Part shown: positions 39,452 to 49,809 of the stretch, in pieces
Numbering within the stretch: position 1 is the stretch's first letter
Layout of the letters: each line of letters starts with the position of its first letter
Origin: an uncultured Desulfobacter sp.
GTDB lineage: Bacteria > Desulfobacterota > Desulfobacteria > Desulfobacterales > Desulfobacteraceae
Assembly: GCA_963665095.1 (NCBI GenBank)
Contig: OY762069.1
Coordinates: 5,888,001 to 5,952,000 of the forward strand
Direction: 5' to 3'
DNA: 64,000 nt
Made by a program: the position numbers and the translations under genes
The notes under the pieces: model-generated
The model's database searches: none
Seen by the model: the letters and a program-made list of their open reading frames with translations, nothing else
What the model was told of the DNA's origin: nothing

Positions 39452-39498
39452 AAAACTAACAGCGGCTGTGCCAACCGGTACCAGCCGCTGTTAATTTT
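39452..39498. terminator. Intrinsic terminator after larA
   Basis: 12-bp stem TAACAGCGGCTG/CAGCCGCTGTTA with flanking A/T runs. Confidence 0.7.
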
Positions 39499-39557
39499 GT
39501 CTGTCATCTGTAACGCTTTAAACATTAGGATCTGATTGGGAAGCGCGCCAGTCACTT

Positions 39558-40802
39558 TTATCCGACAAGGGGTACGGTAAGTCCGCCGTCCATGAGGAAC
39601 AGCACAGACGCCTGGTCTCCTTTTTCTTCCAGTGCCTGGTCAAGGGCGGTCTGGAGATCGGAAAACGGTTTGATAAACAGTTTTGAAATGACGTCGGGCT
39701 CTACATCGGTAACTGCCCACATCTGGGCCCACAAGCCGATTTCCGCCATTTTGGCCGCCTTGTGGTAGCCCAGAACGTAGCCCTGCTCGATTTTATCCAG
39801 GGCGGCTTTGGGGGTGTCGCAGGAGCCTAAAAGATCGGCAAAGGCTTTGCCGCCAATGCCGCAGCGGCATTTGGCCACAAGGATCATGATGCCGTTTTCC
39901 TTGAGGGCCAGTTTGGCGTTGTCGATGCCTTTCTGGGCCTGGTACAGATCAATGTCCTGGGGAAATTTTACCACAGATACTACGATGTCGGCCTTTTTAT
40001 CCAGTTTGGCTGCAAAGACCTCATTGGCCTTGTCAATGGCTGCGTGAAAGGAGTCGTGGATATGTCCGCAGCAGGTGGCATAGACCTTGTGGTGCTTGTC
40101 CAGCACTGTCATGATGGAAAAGATTTCCTGCTTCACCGTTTTGATGGCATCCATCATGTCTTCATGTACCGGGTTGCCTTCCAGGGCCAAAGCGCACGCC
40201 TCAGGAACCAGGGCTAATTTGTGGTTCTGCTCAATGGTTTTGTATCCGGCAATACCCGGCAGGAATGATTTGCGGCCACCGGTGTATCCGGCAAAATAGT
40301 GGGGCTCCACGGATGAGATGATGATAAATTTATCTGCTTCAACCCCTGCCTTGTTGACATACATTTCCGTGCCGTTGGAGGATTTGCCGATGAGGACCTG
40401 GTCCTCTTCAACCCTTGCATCATGGACAATGATATTGTTTTTTACCTTGTCGTAGTAAGAGCCAAAAATCTGGATATACTCTTCCTCACTTGGGCCTCTG
40501 TGGGCACCGGTGGCGATGATGAAGTTATAGTTGACCCGGCTTAAATCATCAAAAATGAACTCCAGCACCTTTTTCGTCGGTGTGGGGCGTGTGGCGTCGT
40601 TGACAATGACCAGAACATTTTTGGCATCGCCCAGAAACTCTTTAAAGTCTCTGGCGTTGATGGGATTGGCAATGCCGTCTGCAATGCACTTGTCTTCATC
40701 ACCGATCTCCACGTCGTTGGCTTCCAGAAAATTGACCGCCAGTTTATCGTCCACGTCTACAGACATGGATCCGTCCTTTCCGTAAGGGACAGTTATTTTC
40801 AT
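39558..40802 (-). CDS. larA: Nickel-pincer-dependent lactate racemase family protein
   Basis: NDATRPTP, ATGAHR, EPHYFAGYTGGRKS, DLYQAQK. Confidence 0.88.
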   Translation of the reverse strand: MKITVPYGKDGSMSVDVDDKLAVNFLEANDVEIGDEDKCIADGIANPINARDFKEFLGDAKNVLVIVNDATRPTPTKKVLEFIFDDLSRVNYNFIIATGAHRGPSEEEYIQIFGSYYDKVKNNIIVHDARVEEDQVLIGKSSNGTEMYVNKAGVEADKFIIISSVEPHYFAGYTGGRKSFLPGIAGYKTIEQNHKLALVPEACALALEGNPVHEDMMDAIKTVKQEIFSIMTVLDKHHKVYATCCGHIHDSFHAAIDKANEVFAAKLDKKADIVVSVVKFPQDIDLYQAQKGIDNAKLALKENGIMILVAKCRCGIGGKAFADLLGSCDTPKAALDKIEQGYVLGYHKAAKMAEIGLWAQMWAVTDVEPDVISKLFIKPFSDLQTALDQALEEKGDQASVLFLMDGGLTVPLVG

Positions 40803-40823
40803 TAATTTCTCCTTATATAGTGT

Positions 40824-41774
40824 CTACCTTATAGGACCCATCTGGTTGAGTTTCTCAATAAAGGTGTCAATTTCTGCCTGGAACAGGGTTTTGTCTCCGG
40901 CCGGGATCTGAACCAGGTGGATACGTTCGGGGTCAATGTCCAGTTTTTCAAAGGTGGCCTTCATTTTTGCCACCCGCTTTTTGGCCTTTTCATTGCCCTC
41001 ATGCTGGCACTCGCCATCCGGACAGCAGGCCACCAGTATCCCCCAGGCACCGTTGCTGAACGGGGTCATGAGAAGCTTGGAATCCAGCCGGCCTCCGCAC
41101 ATGTTTACCAGAATTTCATAGTCCTTGTCATGGGTTTCTGATTCCGGCAGTCTTGAAGATTGAAGGTCCGGGTAATAGGACCAGTTACAGGCAAATACAA
41201 TGGCTTTGGCAGAGGCATGGGTGGCAAGAAACTGGGCTGCTTTTTCATCGAGTTCTTCCTTTGAAGTACCGAAGGTTTTGGGGATGACAGCTGCCTCAAT
41301 GGGACAGATCTCCACACAGATCCCGCAGGACTGACACTTCACCGGATCCACCACGATGCCGTCTCCCTCCACAAAAGAGCGGGCCTCGTGGGGACAGGCC
41401 CGGACGCACATCAGGCATCTGGCACAGGACAGCTCTGTGACCGAGGTGGTGCCGGGTCCTTTAAAGCCCATCTCCACCAGGTCTCTTCTGGCGTCCTGGA
41501 AAATTTCGGTCAATTGCACCCCGGAGGAACAGGCTGCTTCACACCGCTTGCAGAAAAAACAGTTGAACAGTTTCTCCGCCGCTTCAGCAGTGGGTTCCAC
41601 ATTGCCGCTTAAAAGGCCGAAGGCCGTGATGATTTTTGCCCTGGGGGCATCTGTCTCCCACCGGGTGTATTTAAACATGGGGCAGTGCTCGTAACAATAG
41701 CCGCAGCGGATGCAGCTGGCCAGGGTGGTTTCCCATTTTTTCAGATTTTCAAAATTTTTCGTTTCTGTCTGCAT
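40824..41774 (-). CDS. FeS protein: GlcF/HdrC-like di-cluster + ferredoxin + C-terminal MvhD/FlpD domain
   Basis: Four CxxCxxCxxxC motifs, then FACNW..MCGGRLD..GAWGILVACCPDGEC..GN..IDPERI. Confidence 0.85.
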   Translation of the reverse strand: MQTETKNFENLKKWETTLASCIRCGYCYEHCPMFKYTRWETDAPRAKIITAFGLLSGNVEPTAEAAEKLFNCFFCKRCEAACSSGVQLTEIFQDARRDLVEMGFKGPGTTSVTELSCARCLMCVRACPHEARSFVEGDGIVVDPVKCQSCGICVEICPIEAAVIPKTFGTSKEELDEKAAQFLATHASAKAIVFACNWSYYPDLQSSRLPESETHDKDYEILVNMCGGRLDSKLLMTPFSNGAWGILVACCPDGECQHEGNEKAKKRVAKMKATFEKLDIDPERIHLVQIPAGDKTLFQAEIDTFIEKLNQMGPIR

Positions 41775-41797
41775 AACAAAATTCCCTGTTATCTTAT

Positions 41798-43231
41798 TTA
41801 GCTGTTAACCGCATATCTTAAGTTGGTGGCTGTTACCCAGTTGTCCGGTGCCTGCATCAGTTTGCCCGGGTTCAGAATGTTGTTGGGGTCAAGCGCCGCC
41901 TTGATAGTGGACAGCATGTTGATGGAATCCTTTTTTTCTTCCTTGAATGCCTGGGCCTTGGAAAGACCGATGCCGTGTTCCGCAGAGGTGGTGCCGTTGA
42001 CGGATCTGACAAACTCATAAATTTCAGTAATGGCTTTGCGGGCGGATTCCCACTGGTCTTTACGCCGGGTATCCATCATGATTTTGGTATGCATGCACCC
42101 GGAACCGCAATGGCCGTATGCGGTCATGATGATACCGTTCTTGTCAGCCACTTCATGGATCTTTGCGGCCATATCCGCCATTTTGGAGTAGGGCACGGCC
42201 ATGTCGTCGGCCAGGGAGGTGGAAGATAGATTGTCGTCGAACTTGGACAGGGCAGGGAAAAGTTTTTTGCGGCCCAAAAAGATCTTGGCCCGTTCCTTGG
42301 CATCATAGCTGGCCCAGATGTCTTTTCCGCCGTGTTTTTCACAGATTTCCTTCATTTTTCGGATTTCATAGTCCACAGCCTCCTTGACCTGGCCGTCCGC
42401 CTCAAAAATCAGGGAGGCCGCCACTTCCTTGAGCCCCAGATTCATGGTTTTGTTGACCGCTTTAATGGCCACAGAATCCACCAGCTCCAGCATGGAAGGA
42501 ATGGTGCCGGAGGCCATGATGGCGCCCACGGTTTCGCCGGCATCTTTAAGGCTGTCAAAGTTGGCAATGCCCATGCAACGGAATTCCGGAATGGGAACAA
42601 AGCTTAATGTGGCTTCCACCACCACGCCCAAAGTGCCTTCAGAACCCACCATGAGTTTATGCAGCTGATAACCTGACGCCTCCACACGGGTATGGGCACC
42701 CAAAGAGACCAATTCTCCGTTGGGCAGGACCACTTTCATGCCTAAGACCGCATCCCGGGTGGCGCCGTATTTGACAGATCGGACCCCCGAGGCATTGTTG
42801 CCGATCTCACCGCCAATGGTGGCAATGCGGGATGAGGCAGGGGTTGGGGGATAAAAAACACCATACTGTTTCAATGCCAGGTTCAGATCGTCATCCACCA
42901 CACCGGGCTCCACCCGGCAGTAAACATCGGGCAGGTTGATTTCAAGAATCCGGTTCATATTTTTCATATCCAGAAGAATGCCGCCCTTGACCGCCACGGT
43001 CTGGCCGCACATGCCCGAGCCTGCCCCCCGGGGGATCACCGGGATTACTGCATCGTTGGCATATGCCATAATTTTTTGAACCTGTTGTGTGTTTTCAGGT
43101 CTGACAACCACCCATGGCGCTGCATGGTGTACAGATGAGTCTGAACCGTAAACATACAGGTCCGCCGGATCTGATTTTATGTTGTCTTCCCCGACTATTT
43201 CCTTTAGTCTGGGCAAATCAACCGTATTCAT
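41798..43231 (-). CDS. FAD-linked 2-hydroxyacid dehydrogenase (GlcD / D-lactate dehydrogenase family)
   Basis: PRGAGSG, ATIGGEIGNNASG..KYGATRD, VGSEGTLG, SAEHGIG, DPNNILNPGK. Confidence 0.9.
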   Translation of the reverse strand: MNTVDLPRLKEIVGEDNIKSDPADLYVYGSDSSVHHAAPWVVVRPENTQQVQKIMAYANDAVIPVIPRGAGSGMCGQTVAVKGGILLDMKNMNRILEINLPDVYCRVEPGVVDDDLNLALKQYGVFYPPTPASSRIATIGGEIGNNASGVRSVKYGATRDAVLGMKVVLPNGELVSLGAHTRVEASGYQLHKLMVGSEGTLGVVVEATLSFVPIPEFRCMGIANFDSLKDAGETVGAIMASGTIPSMLELVDSVAIKAVNKTMNLGLKEVAASLIFEADGQVKEAVDYEIRKMKEICEKHGGKDIWASYDAKERAKIFLGRKKLFPALSKFDDNLSSTSLADDMAVPYSKMADMAAKIHEVADKNGIIMTAYGHCGSGCMHTKIMMDTRRKDQWESARKAITEIYEFVRSVNGTTSAEHGIGLSKAQAFKEEKKDSINMLSTIKAALDPNNILNPGKLMQAPDNWVTATNLRYAVNS

Positions 43232-43567
43232 TTGATATCCTTTCCTGATGAAAAATTAGTTGAAATCAATGAGTTAAACGAAAAACTGTCGTTTACACAA
43301 TTTTTAATATTTTCATAACTATTTCAAAAATTCAATCCTATTCACCCGGGAATATATTATAAGTATTTACTTTTCTAAGATGCCTGGAATTCTGCCTGTT
43401 TTGTCGCGGCAAACAGGCTTTTCTGAAAACAATTTTTCCTTTCTTGGCAAACCATATTTCAGCAGTTATAATTGCCGCGGCAAGGTAGGAAAAAATGTGT
43501 AGTTCGACAAAGAATGTTCCCTAGGAAAGGGAAAGGGTCTTAAATTTTAAAACATATGAGGTATGCA

Positions 43568-45505
43568 ATGACCTATACTGTTAAATTCCTGCCCTATGAC
43601 ACTGCCGTTACGGTAGACGAGAATGAGAATCTGATCCGCGCTGCTATGGAAGCCGGCGTTCATATTAATGCCTCCTGCGGAGGCAGTGGTGTCTGCGGCA
43701 AATGCCGGGTACTCATCGAGGATGGTGAGGTGGCCGGCGGTATTTCTGAACATTTGTCCCAAGAGGACCGGGAACAAGGCTATCGCCTGGCCTGTATGGC
43801 CAAAGTTATATCTGATATCACCGTGCGCATTCCTGTGGAATCCCAGGTGGAGACAAGCCGGCTGAACCAGCAGGCCGGTGCCCGGCATACGGCAAAGGCC
43901 ATGCACATGGACATGGAAACCCTGAAAGAGAACGGGCTTTTCATTCCGCCGGTGGAAAAAATTTATCTTGAACTGGATCCGGCCTGTGAAGGCGACAACC
44001 AGGCGGACGTGGCCCGGATTATTAATGCGCTGCGCCTGAATCACGATGAGCACCGGCTTCGTCTGGATCTCAGTGTAATTCGCAAAATACCCGATGTTAT
44101 CCGGGAACAGGATTTCAAAGTTACTGTCACCATTGTTCGCCCGGTGCGGGAAGATGGTAAAAACCGGATCATTAACATTGAGCCCGGGGACACCACGGAC
44201 AGAAATTATGCCGTAGCTGTGGATATCGGCACCACCACGGTTTACGGCCAGGTGCTGGACCTTCAGACCGGAGAGGTGTTAGGCCAGCACGGGGAGTTCA
44301 ACAGCCAGATTTCCTATGGCGAAGATGTGATTTCACGTATTATTTTTACTGAAAAGGGTGACGGCCTTAAAATCCTTCATGACAAGGTGATTGACACCAT
44401 AAACACGGTTGTGTCCAAAGCCTTGAAAAAAGCCGGGATCGGCCGCCATGAAATCTCCACCATTACCCTTGCCGGCAACTCAACCATGACCCAGTTGCTG
44501 CTCAATATTAAGTCTACATATATCCGCAAAGATCCCTATGTGCCGGCGGCCATTTTTTATCCGCCATTTCTTGCCAAAGAGATTAACCTAGATCTTGCCG
44601 AGCACACCATTGCCCTGATTTTTCCAGGGGTCTCCTCCTATGTGGGGGGGGATATTATTGCCGGGGTTATGGCTACAGGCATGTACCGGTCACCTGAACT
44701 GACCCTTTACATGGATATCGGTACCAATGCAGAGATCGTCATCGGCCATCAGGACTGGATGGTCTGTACGGCGGCATCGGCCGGGCCAGCCTTTGAGGGC
44801 GGCGGGGTGAAATTCGGCATGCGGGCCACCAAAGGGGCGATTGAGGATTTTTCCATTGATCCTGTGACCTATGAACCCATGAACATCACCGTGGGCAATG
44901 CCAAGGCAAAGGGAATCTGTGGCTCCGGCCTGATTACCATTGCCGCAAAACTTCTTGAAACAGGCGTCATAGACTCCAGGGGAAAGTTCAACCAGAACCT
45001 TGATACGCCCAGGATTCGCCAGACCGATGATATCTGGGAATACATCCTGGTGGACAAAGAAAATACAGAGATTGGTCGGGATATCACCATTACCGAGCCT
45101 GATCTTGATAACCTGATCCGGGCCAAGGGGGCCATGTACTCGGCTGCCCAGACGCTGCTGGAGGAGATCGGCCTGACCATCCATGATATTGAACGTATTA
45201 TCCTGGCCGGCGGATTCGGCTCCTATGTGGATCTTCACAGTGCCATCACCATTGGCCTGCTGCCTGAGATCGATCCGGAAAAGGTGACCTATCTTGGCAA
45301 CGGGTCTCTTTTGGGTTGCAAGATCAATTGCCTGACCAACTCCCTGCGCCGTAACGTGGGGGAGGTGGTCAATATGATGACTAATTTCGAACTGGCGGCA
45401 ACGCCGTCCTATATGGACCATTACATGGGGGCGCTGTTTCTGCCCCATACGGAACTCAATAATTTTCCCAAAGTCAAAGCACGCCTGGAGGCTCTTCATA
45501 AATGA
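43568..45505 (+). CDS. Reductive activator of corrinoid proteins (RACo/AcsV, ASKHA ATPase with N-terminal [2Fe-2S])
   Basis: CGGSGVCGKC..RLAC, VDIGTTT, YGEDVISRI, DIGTNAE, AGPAFEG, GICGSG. Confidence 0.92.
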   Translation: MTYTVKFLPYDTAVTVDENENLIRAAMEAGVHINASCGGSGVCGKCRVLIEDGEVAGGISEHLSQEDREQGYRLACMAKVISDITVRIPVESQVETSRLNQQAGARHTAKAMHMDMETLKENGLFIPPVEKIYLELDPACEGDNQADVARIINALRLNHDEHRLRLDLSVIRKIPDVIREQDFKVTVTIVRPVREDGKNRIINIEPGDTTDRNYAVAVDIGTTTVYGQVLDLQTGEVLGQHGEFNSQISYGEDVISRIIFTEKGDGLKILHDKVIDTINTVVSKALKKAGIGRHEISTITLAGNSTMTQLLLNIKSTYIRKDPYVPAAIFYPPFLAKEINLDLAEHTIALIFPGVSSYVGGDIIAGVMATGMYRSPELTLYMDIGTNAEIVIGHQDWMVCTAASAGPAFEGGGVKFGMRATKGAIEDFSIDPVTYEPMNITVGNAKAKGICGSGLITIAAKLLETGVIDSRGKFNQNLDTPRIRQTDDIWEYILVDKENTEIGRDITITEPDLDNLIRAKGAMYSAAQTLLEEIGLTIHDIERIILAGGFGSYVDLHSAITIGLLPEIDPEKVTYLGNGSLLGCKINCLTNSLRRNVGEVVNMMTNFELAATPSYMDHYMGALFLPHTELNNFPKVKARLEALHK

Positions 45506-47061
45506 CCCGGAAATTGTGCGCCAACGGATATGTCAGACAGGTCGTCCTGGAAAAACCAGTGCTGGGCAACAATCTGGCTGATGTACAGCGCCTGGAACTG
45601 GCACTGAAACACCAGTTGAAAACCTCTGCCGTTCATGTTCCTTTTCGTCTGCTTAAGGATCTGCCCTCTAAGCTGCGGACATGGGATTTTAAGGCAAAGG
45701 TGGTGCTGTTCAAGGACCGCCGTTCCTGGCGAGTTGTGGATATTTTAGCCCCGGATTATGATAGACAGATATTAGGCGCTGCCATTGATATTGGCACCAC
45801 CCGCATCGCCATTCGGCTGCTTGATATGGAAACCGGTGAGGCCTTAGGTGACTGCGGGCTGGATAATCCCCAGAAATCCGTTGGCCCGGATGTGCTCACC
45901 CGCATCCACCATTCCCATACTCCGGGCGGGCTTGCAACACTTCAGAATCTGGTGGTTCAGGGGGTAAATCAGCATCTGGATCTGCTGTGCTCCAGGGCTG
46001 GATGTGTCACGGAGGATCTGTTTCTTCTGGCTGGTGCCGGGAATACGGCCATGACCCATCTGTTTTTAGGGGTGCAGGCCTTTGATATTATAAAAGAGCC
46101 CTATATCCCCTGTGTGAATATCCCTGACACCATGGACGCATCAGATGTGGGGCTAAATATCCATGACGGCGGACAGCTGTTTCTTTTCCCCAATATCGGC
46201 TCCTATTTCGGGGGAGATCTTCTGGCCGGTATCATTTTCAGTGACCTGGATAAAAAAGAGCTGCCCAGCCTGATGGTGGATGTGGGTACCAATGCGGAAA
46301 TTGTAGTCGGTTCCAAAGACTGGCTCATTGCCTGCGCAGGGGCTGCCGGTCCCGCGCTTGAGGGCGGGGTGTCTAAAATGGGAATGACGGCCGGGCCCGG
46401 GGTGATTGATACGGTGACCATTGATCCCAAAACCCGCGTCGTGTCTGTGCATACCATTGAAGACCAGCCGCCGGTGGGGATCTGCGGGTCCGGCATGATT
46501 GACCTGGCTGCAGCCCTGTTTCTGAGCGGCATGATTGATATCCGGGGCAAGTTCGTACCAGAAATCTGCGGCAGCCGGCTGATTGAGCAGGATGACATTC
46601 CCAGCTTTGTGCTGGTGGCGGCAGAAAATTCAGGTACTGGCGAACCCATCTGTCTGACCCAGGTGGACCTGAATTCCCTGACCTCCTCCAAGGCCGCCAT
46701 GTACACCATCCTCGAGGTGATTGTAAAAAACACCTCGGGCCTGGAGTTTGAGGACTTGAACAAGTTCTATGTGGCCGGGACCTTTGGTTCTTTTATCAAC
46801 CCTGAGTCTGCCATTTCCATTGGCATGCTGCCGGATCTGGACCGGTCTGTTTTTGAGGTCTTGGGTAACAGCTCTTTGGGGGGCAGCGCGCTGATGCTTA
46901 CAGATGTGGAGGCATTTGACAGGGTCATGGGCATCCGAGAAGGCATCACCTATATCGAGCTGAATGTAAATCAGGAGTTTATGAATATGTTTTCAGGCGC
47001 CAAGTTTTATCCGCATACAGACCGGTCCCGGTTTCCTTCTGTGCCTGACATTCCTGCCTGA
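45502..47061 (+). CDS. Second RACo-type ASKHA protein lacking the [2Fe-2S] domain
   Basis: IDIGTTR, GPDVLTRI, DVGTNAE, AGPALEG, GICGSG; ATGA overlap with first paralogue. Confidence 0.9.
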   Translation: MTRKLCANGYVRQVVLEKPVLGNNLADVQRLELALKHQLKTSAVHVPFRLLKDLPSKLRTWDFKAKVVLFKDRRSWRVVDILAPDYDRQILGAAIDIGTTRIAIRLLDMETGEALGDCGLDNPQKSVGPDVLTRIHHSHTPGGLATLQNLVVQGVNQHLDLLCSRAGCVTEDLFLLAGAGNTAMTHLFLGVQAFDIIKEPYIPCVNIPDTMDASDVGLNIHDGGQLFLFPNIGSYFGGDLLAGIIFSDLDKKELPSLMVDVGTNAEIVVGSKDWLIACAGAAGPALEGGVSKMGMTAGPGVIDTVTIDPKTRVVSVHTIEDQPPVGICGSGMIDLAAALFLSGMIDIRGKFVPEICGSRLIEQDDIPSFVLVAAENSGTGEPICLTQVDLNSLTSSKAAMYTILEVIVKNTSGLEFEDLNKFYVAGTFGSFINPESAISIGMLPDLDRSVFEVLGNSSLGGSALMLTDVEAFDRVMGIREGITYIELNVNQEFMNMFSGAKFYPHTDRSRFPSVPDIPA

Positions 47062-47270
47062 CTTAACGGTTTAAATAAAAGGCAATGCCGCTATGCAGTC
47101 TGAATGCGGCTTCGTTTAATGCATCTGTCCGGCCCGGAGAAATCTGGGCCGTTTTTATTGCAAGACCTTTATGTTTCAGGAGATTTGCATGTATATACAA
47201 GTTTCCGGTTTTATGGTAATGAGAGATTAAAAAAGGAAGCGTCTTACCCATATAAAACAAAGAGGTTATT

Positions 47271-48893
47271 ATGAATAAAATCGTTGAATGTGTCCCGAAT
47301 TTTTCAGAAGGAAGGGATAAGGAGGCCATTGAAGCCATTGCCCTGGCCATTTCCAAAACAGCCGGATGCACGCTTCTGGATGTGGACCCCGGAAAGTCCA
47401 CCAACAGGACCGTATATACCTTTGTGGGCTCGCCGGATGCTGTTGTGGCAGGCGCCCTGGCAGCTGCAAAGGTGGCCCGGGAAAAGATAGATATGCGCAG
47501 GCATCATGGAGAACACCACCGCATGGGGGCCATGGATGTGTGCCCGTTTATTCCGGTATCCAATGTCACCATGGCAGAGTGTGTGGAAGTTTCAAAAAAA
47601 TTCGGCAGCCTTATGGCCCAGGAGCTTGGGGTGCCGGTCTATCTCTATGAGGAGTCTGCCACGCTTGAGTATCGCAAAAAGCTGCCCCAGATTCGGGAAG
47701 GGCAGTATGAGGCAATCCCGGAACGTATTGTCCAGGAGAAATGGAAGCCCGATTTCGGGCCGGCAAAATTTATCCCGGAGTGGGGGGCCACGGTCACAGG
47801 AGCCCGGTTTTTCCTCATCGCATATAATGTCAATCTTCTAAGCACCCCCAATCAAGCCCACCGCATTGCCCTGAATCTGCGGGAAGCAGGCCGCAGTGCG
47901 GACCAGCCCGGCCGGTTTAAAGAGGTCAAGGGCATGGGCTGGTATGTGGATGACTATAATCTGGCCCAGGTGACGGTTAACCTGAACAACTATCTTGTGA
48001 CCCCGCCTCATATCCTGTACGAGGCAGTTAAAGAGGAAGCAGCTGCGCTGAAAGTGGCGGTGACCGGCTCCGAGATTGTGGGTGTGGTACCCCTCCAGGC
48101 GATTCTTATGGCTGCCGAATACTATATTGAAAAAGAGGGCCTGTTCATTCTGGATGAGGATCAAAAGGTGAGGCTGGCAGTGGAGCGGCTGGGATTGAAC
48201 TCTGTAGCACCCTTTGATCCTAAGGCCAAAATCATTGAATACATTATTGCCCGGGAGCCGGATGAACCTTTGGCAGGTATGAGTCTGCGCAAGTTTATTG
48301 AGGAGGTGACCAGCCGGAGTTCCGCTCCTGGCGGTGGCTCTGTATCGGCGGCCATCGCTGCCCTGGGCGCAGGCCTTGGCTCCATGGTGGGGAAACTGAC
48401 CCTGGGGGTCAGAAAATTTGAAGCCCTGGACGACAAGATGCGTGAACTGATACCGCCGCTGCATGAGGCGGCATGTGCCTTGATTCCCATGGTTGACGCG
48501 GACACCAATGCGTTTTCTGATTATGTGGCGGCGCTGGGCCTGCCGAAGAAAACAGAAGAAGAAAAGGCCTTCAGGGAAGAACAGCTCCAGGCAGGCCTTA
48601 AAAAGGCCATTGAGGTGCCCCTTTCAACTATGATGTTGGGGGATAGGGCCTGGGACGCCATGCTCGGGGTGGCTCAACATGGGAATATTGCCTCTCGGTC
48701 GGATGTAGAAGTGGGCGCTCGCGCTCTGGAAGTGGGCATCTGGGGTGCTTATAAAAATGTTGCCATTAATATGGCCGGCGTCAGAGATGCAGAATATAAG
48801 GAAAATATTCTGGCTAAGGCATTGGCGATTAAGAACAGGGCAGCAGTGAATTGCCAAAGAGTTCTGGATCTCCTTGAGAAAAGGTCCTCCTGA
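47271..48893 (+). CDS. ftcD: Bifunctional glutamate formimidoyltransferase / cyclodeaminase
   Basis: VECVPNFSEGR, HGEHHRMGAMDVCPF, GARFFLIAYNVNL; cyclodeaminase APGGGSVSA. Confidence 0.93.
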   Translation: MNKIVECVPNFSEGRDKEAIEAIALAISKTAGCTLLDVDPGKSTNRTVYTFVGSPDAVVAGALAAAKVAREKIDMRRHHGEHHRMGAMDVCPFIPVSNVTMAECVEVSKKFGSLMAQELGVPVYLYEESATLEYRKKLPQIREGQYEAIPERIVQEKWKPDFGPAKFIPEWGATVTGARFFLIAYNVNLLSTPNQAHRIALNLREAGRSADQPGRFKEVKGMGWYVDDYNLAQVTVNLNNYLVTPPHILYEAVKEEAAALKVAVTGSEIVGVVPLQAILMAAEYYIEKEGLFILDEDQKVRLAVERLGLNSVAPFDPKAKIIEYIIAREPDEPLAGMSLRKFIEEVTSRSSAPGGGSVSAAIAALGAGLGSMVGKLTLGVRKFEALDDKMRELIPPLHEAACALIPMVDADTNAFSDYVAALGLPKKTEEEKAFREEQLQAGLKKAIEVPLSTMMLGDRAWDAMLGVAQHGNIASRSDVEVGARALEVGIWGAYKNVAINMAGVRDAEYKENILAKALAIKNRAAVNCQRVLDLLEKRSS

Positions 48894-48926
48894 TTACTGA
48901 AACTGCCGGATGCCGGTTAAGCGCAT

Positions 48927-49484
48927 TCAGTTTTGTTTGGCCGGCATCAGCATATCATCATTGATTCTGAAGAATCCCTTGAAGTGTTCCAGCCAGTAAG
49001 CCTTGTAGACAATATTTTCGCTGTGAAATGCCGTGACCTGTCCCCGTTTTTTTGATGCATAGATAAAATGCATCCGCCCGGTTGGATCGACCTGATATAC
49101 CATGGCAGCAAGGTTATTGTTTAGCACGATCAGGTCTCCGTTTTGAACATCAGCGGCATGAACTTCACGTGTGTTTTCCAGCAGGTATCGCATGGGAAGA
49201 AAGGTCTTGTAGATCAGGCCTGCCTTGCGGGCCGCCCCGGAATAAATGGAGTAAAACAGCCAGGAGTTGTCAATATTTCCTGTTTGCTCTGGTCGGCCCC
49301 CGAATTTAACGGGCATGCTGATGAACGGCTCGGCAGTGGACGGGATATATTGACAAAAAAGAACATTGGGCGAACTGGCCACAGGGCCCTGGGGCTTTTC
49401 GCTTTCTGACAGGACTGAATGGCTGGCAAAGGCAGGTATAGCCATGGCCAGAATCAGTATTATGTAAAGTGTTGATCGTTTCAT
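48927..49484 (-). CDS. Secreted protein with degenerate NlpC/P60-like pattern
   Basis: Signal peptide; PVKFGG..IDNSWL..VQNGDLIV..FIYAS. Confidence 0.6.
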   Translation of the reverse strand: MKRSTLYIILILAMAIPAFASHSVLSESEKPQGPVASSPNVLFCQYIPSTAEPFISMPVKFGGRPEQTGNIDNSWLFYSIYSGAARKAGLIYKTFLPMRYLLENTREVHAADVQNGDLIVLNNNLAAMVYQVDPTGRMHFIYASKKRGQVTAFHSENIVYKAYWLEHFKGFFRINDDMLMPAKQN

Positions 49485-49809
49485 CTCATCTTTCCCCATC
49501 AGGGGGATAAAATAATAACAACAAGAAAGATAACCAGAAACAGCACGGAATTACGCCGCCATCTGTTTACCTTGGGCATGTGCAATAACAGTCTTGTTGT
49601 TTTTAATGCATCAATTTGAGGTACTGCAACAATGTCAGGTAAAACAACACTAAACTGTTTTAAAACCGTTCGTCAAGGAAAGAAAGTACCCGACGCATGA
49701 ACCCATTGAACGCTAATATTTCGTTGCGGGCCGCACGGCTTGACACAGGCCTGCTTCCCGGGTATTTAGAGTGGTCATTAATCCAATGAAAAAATGCAAA
49801 GGCCTGAAT

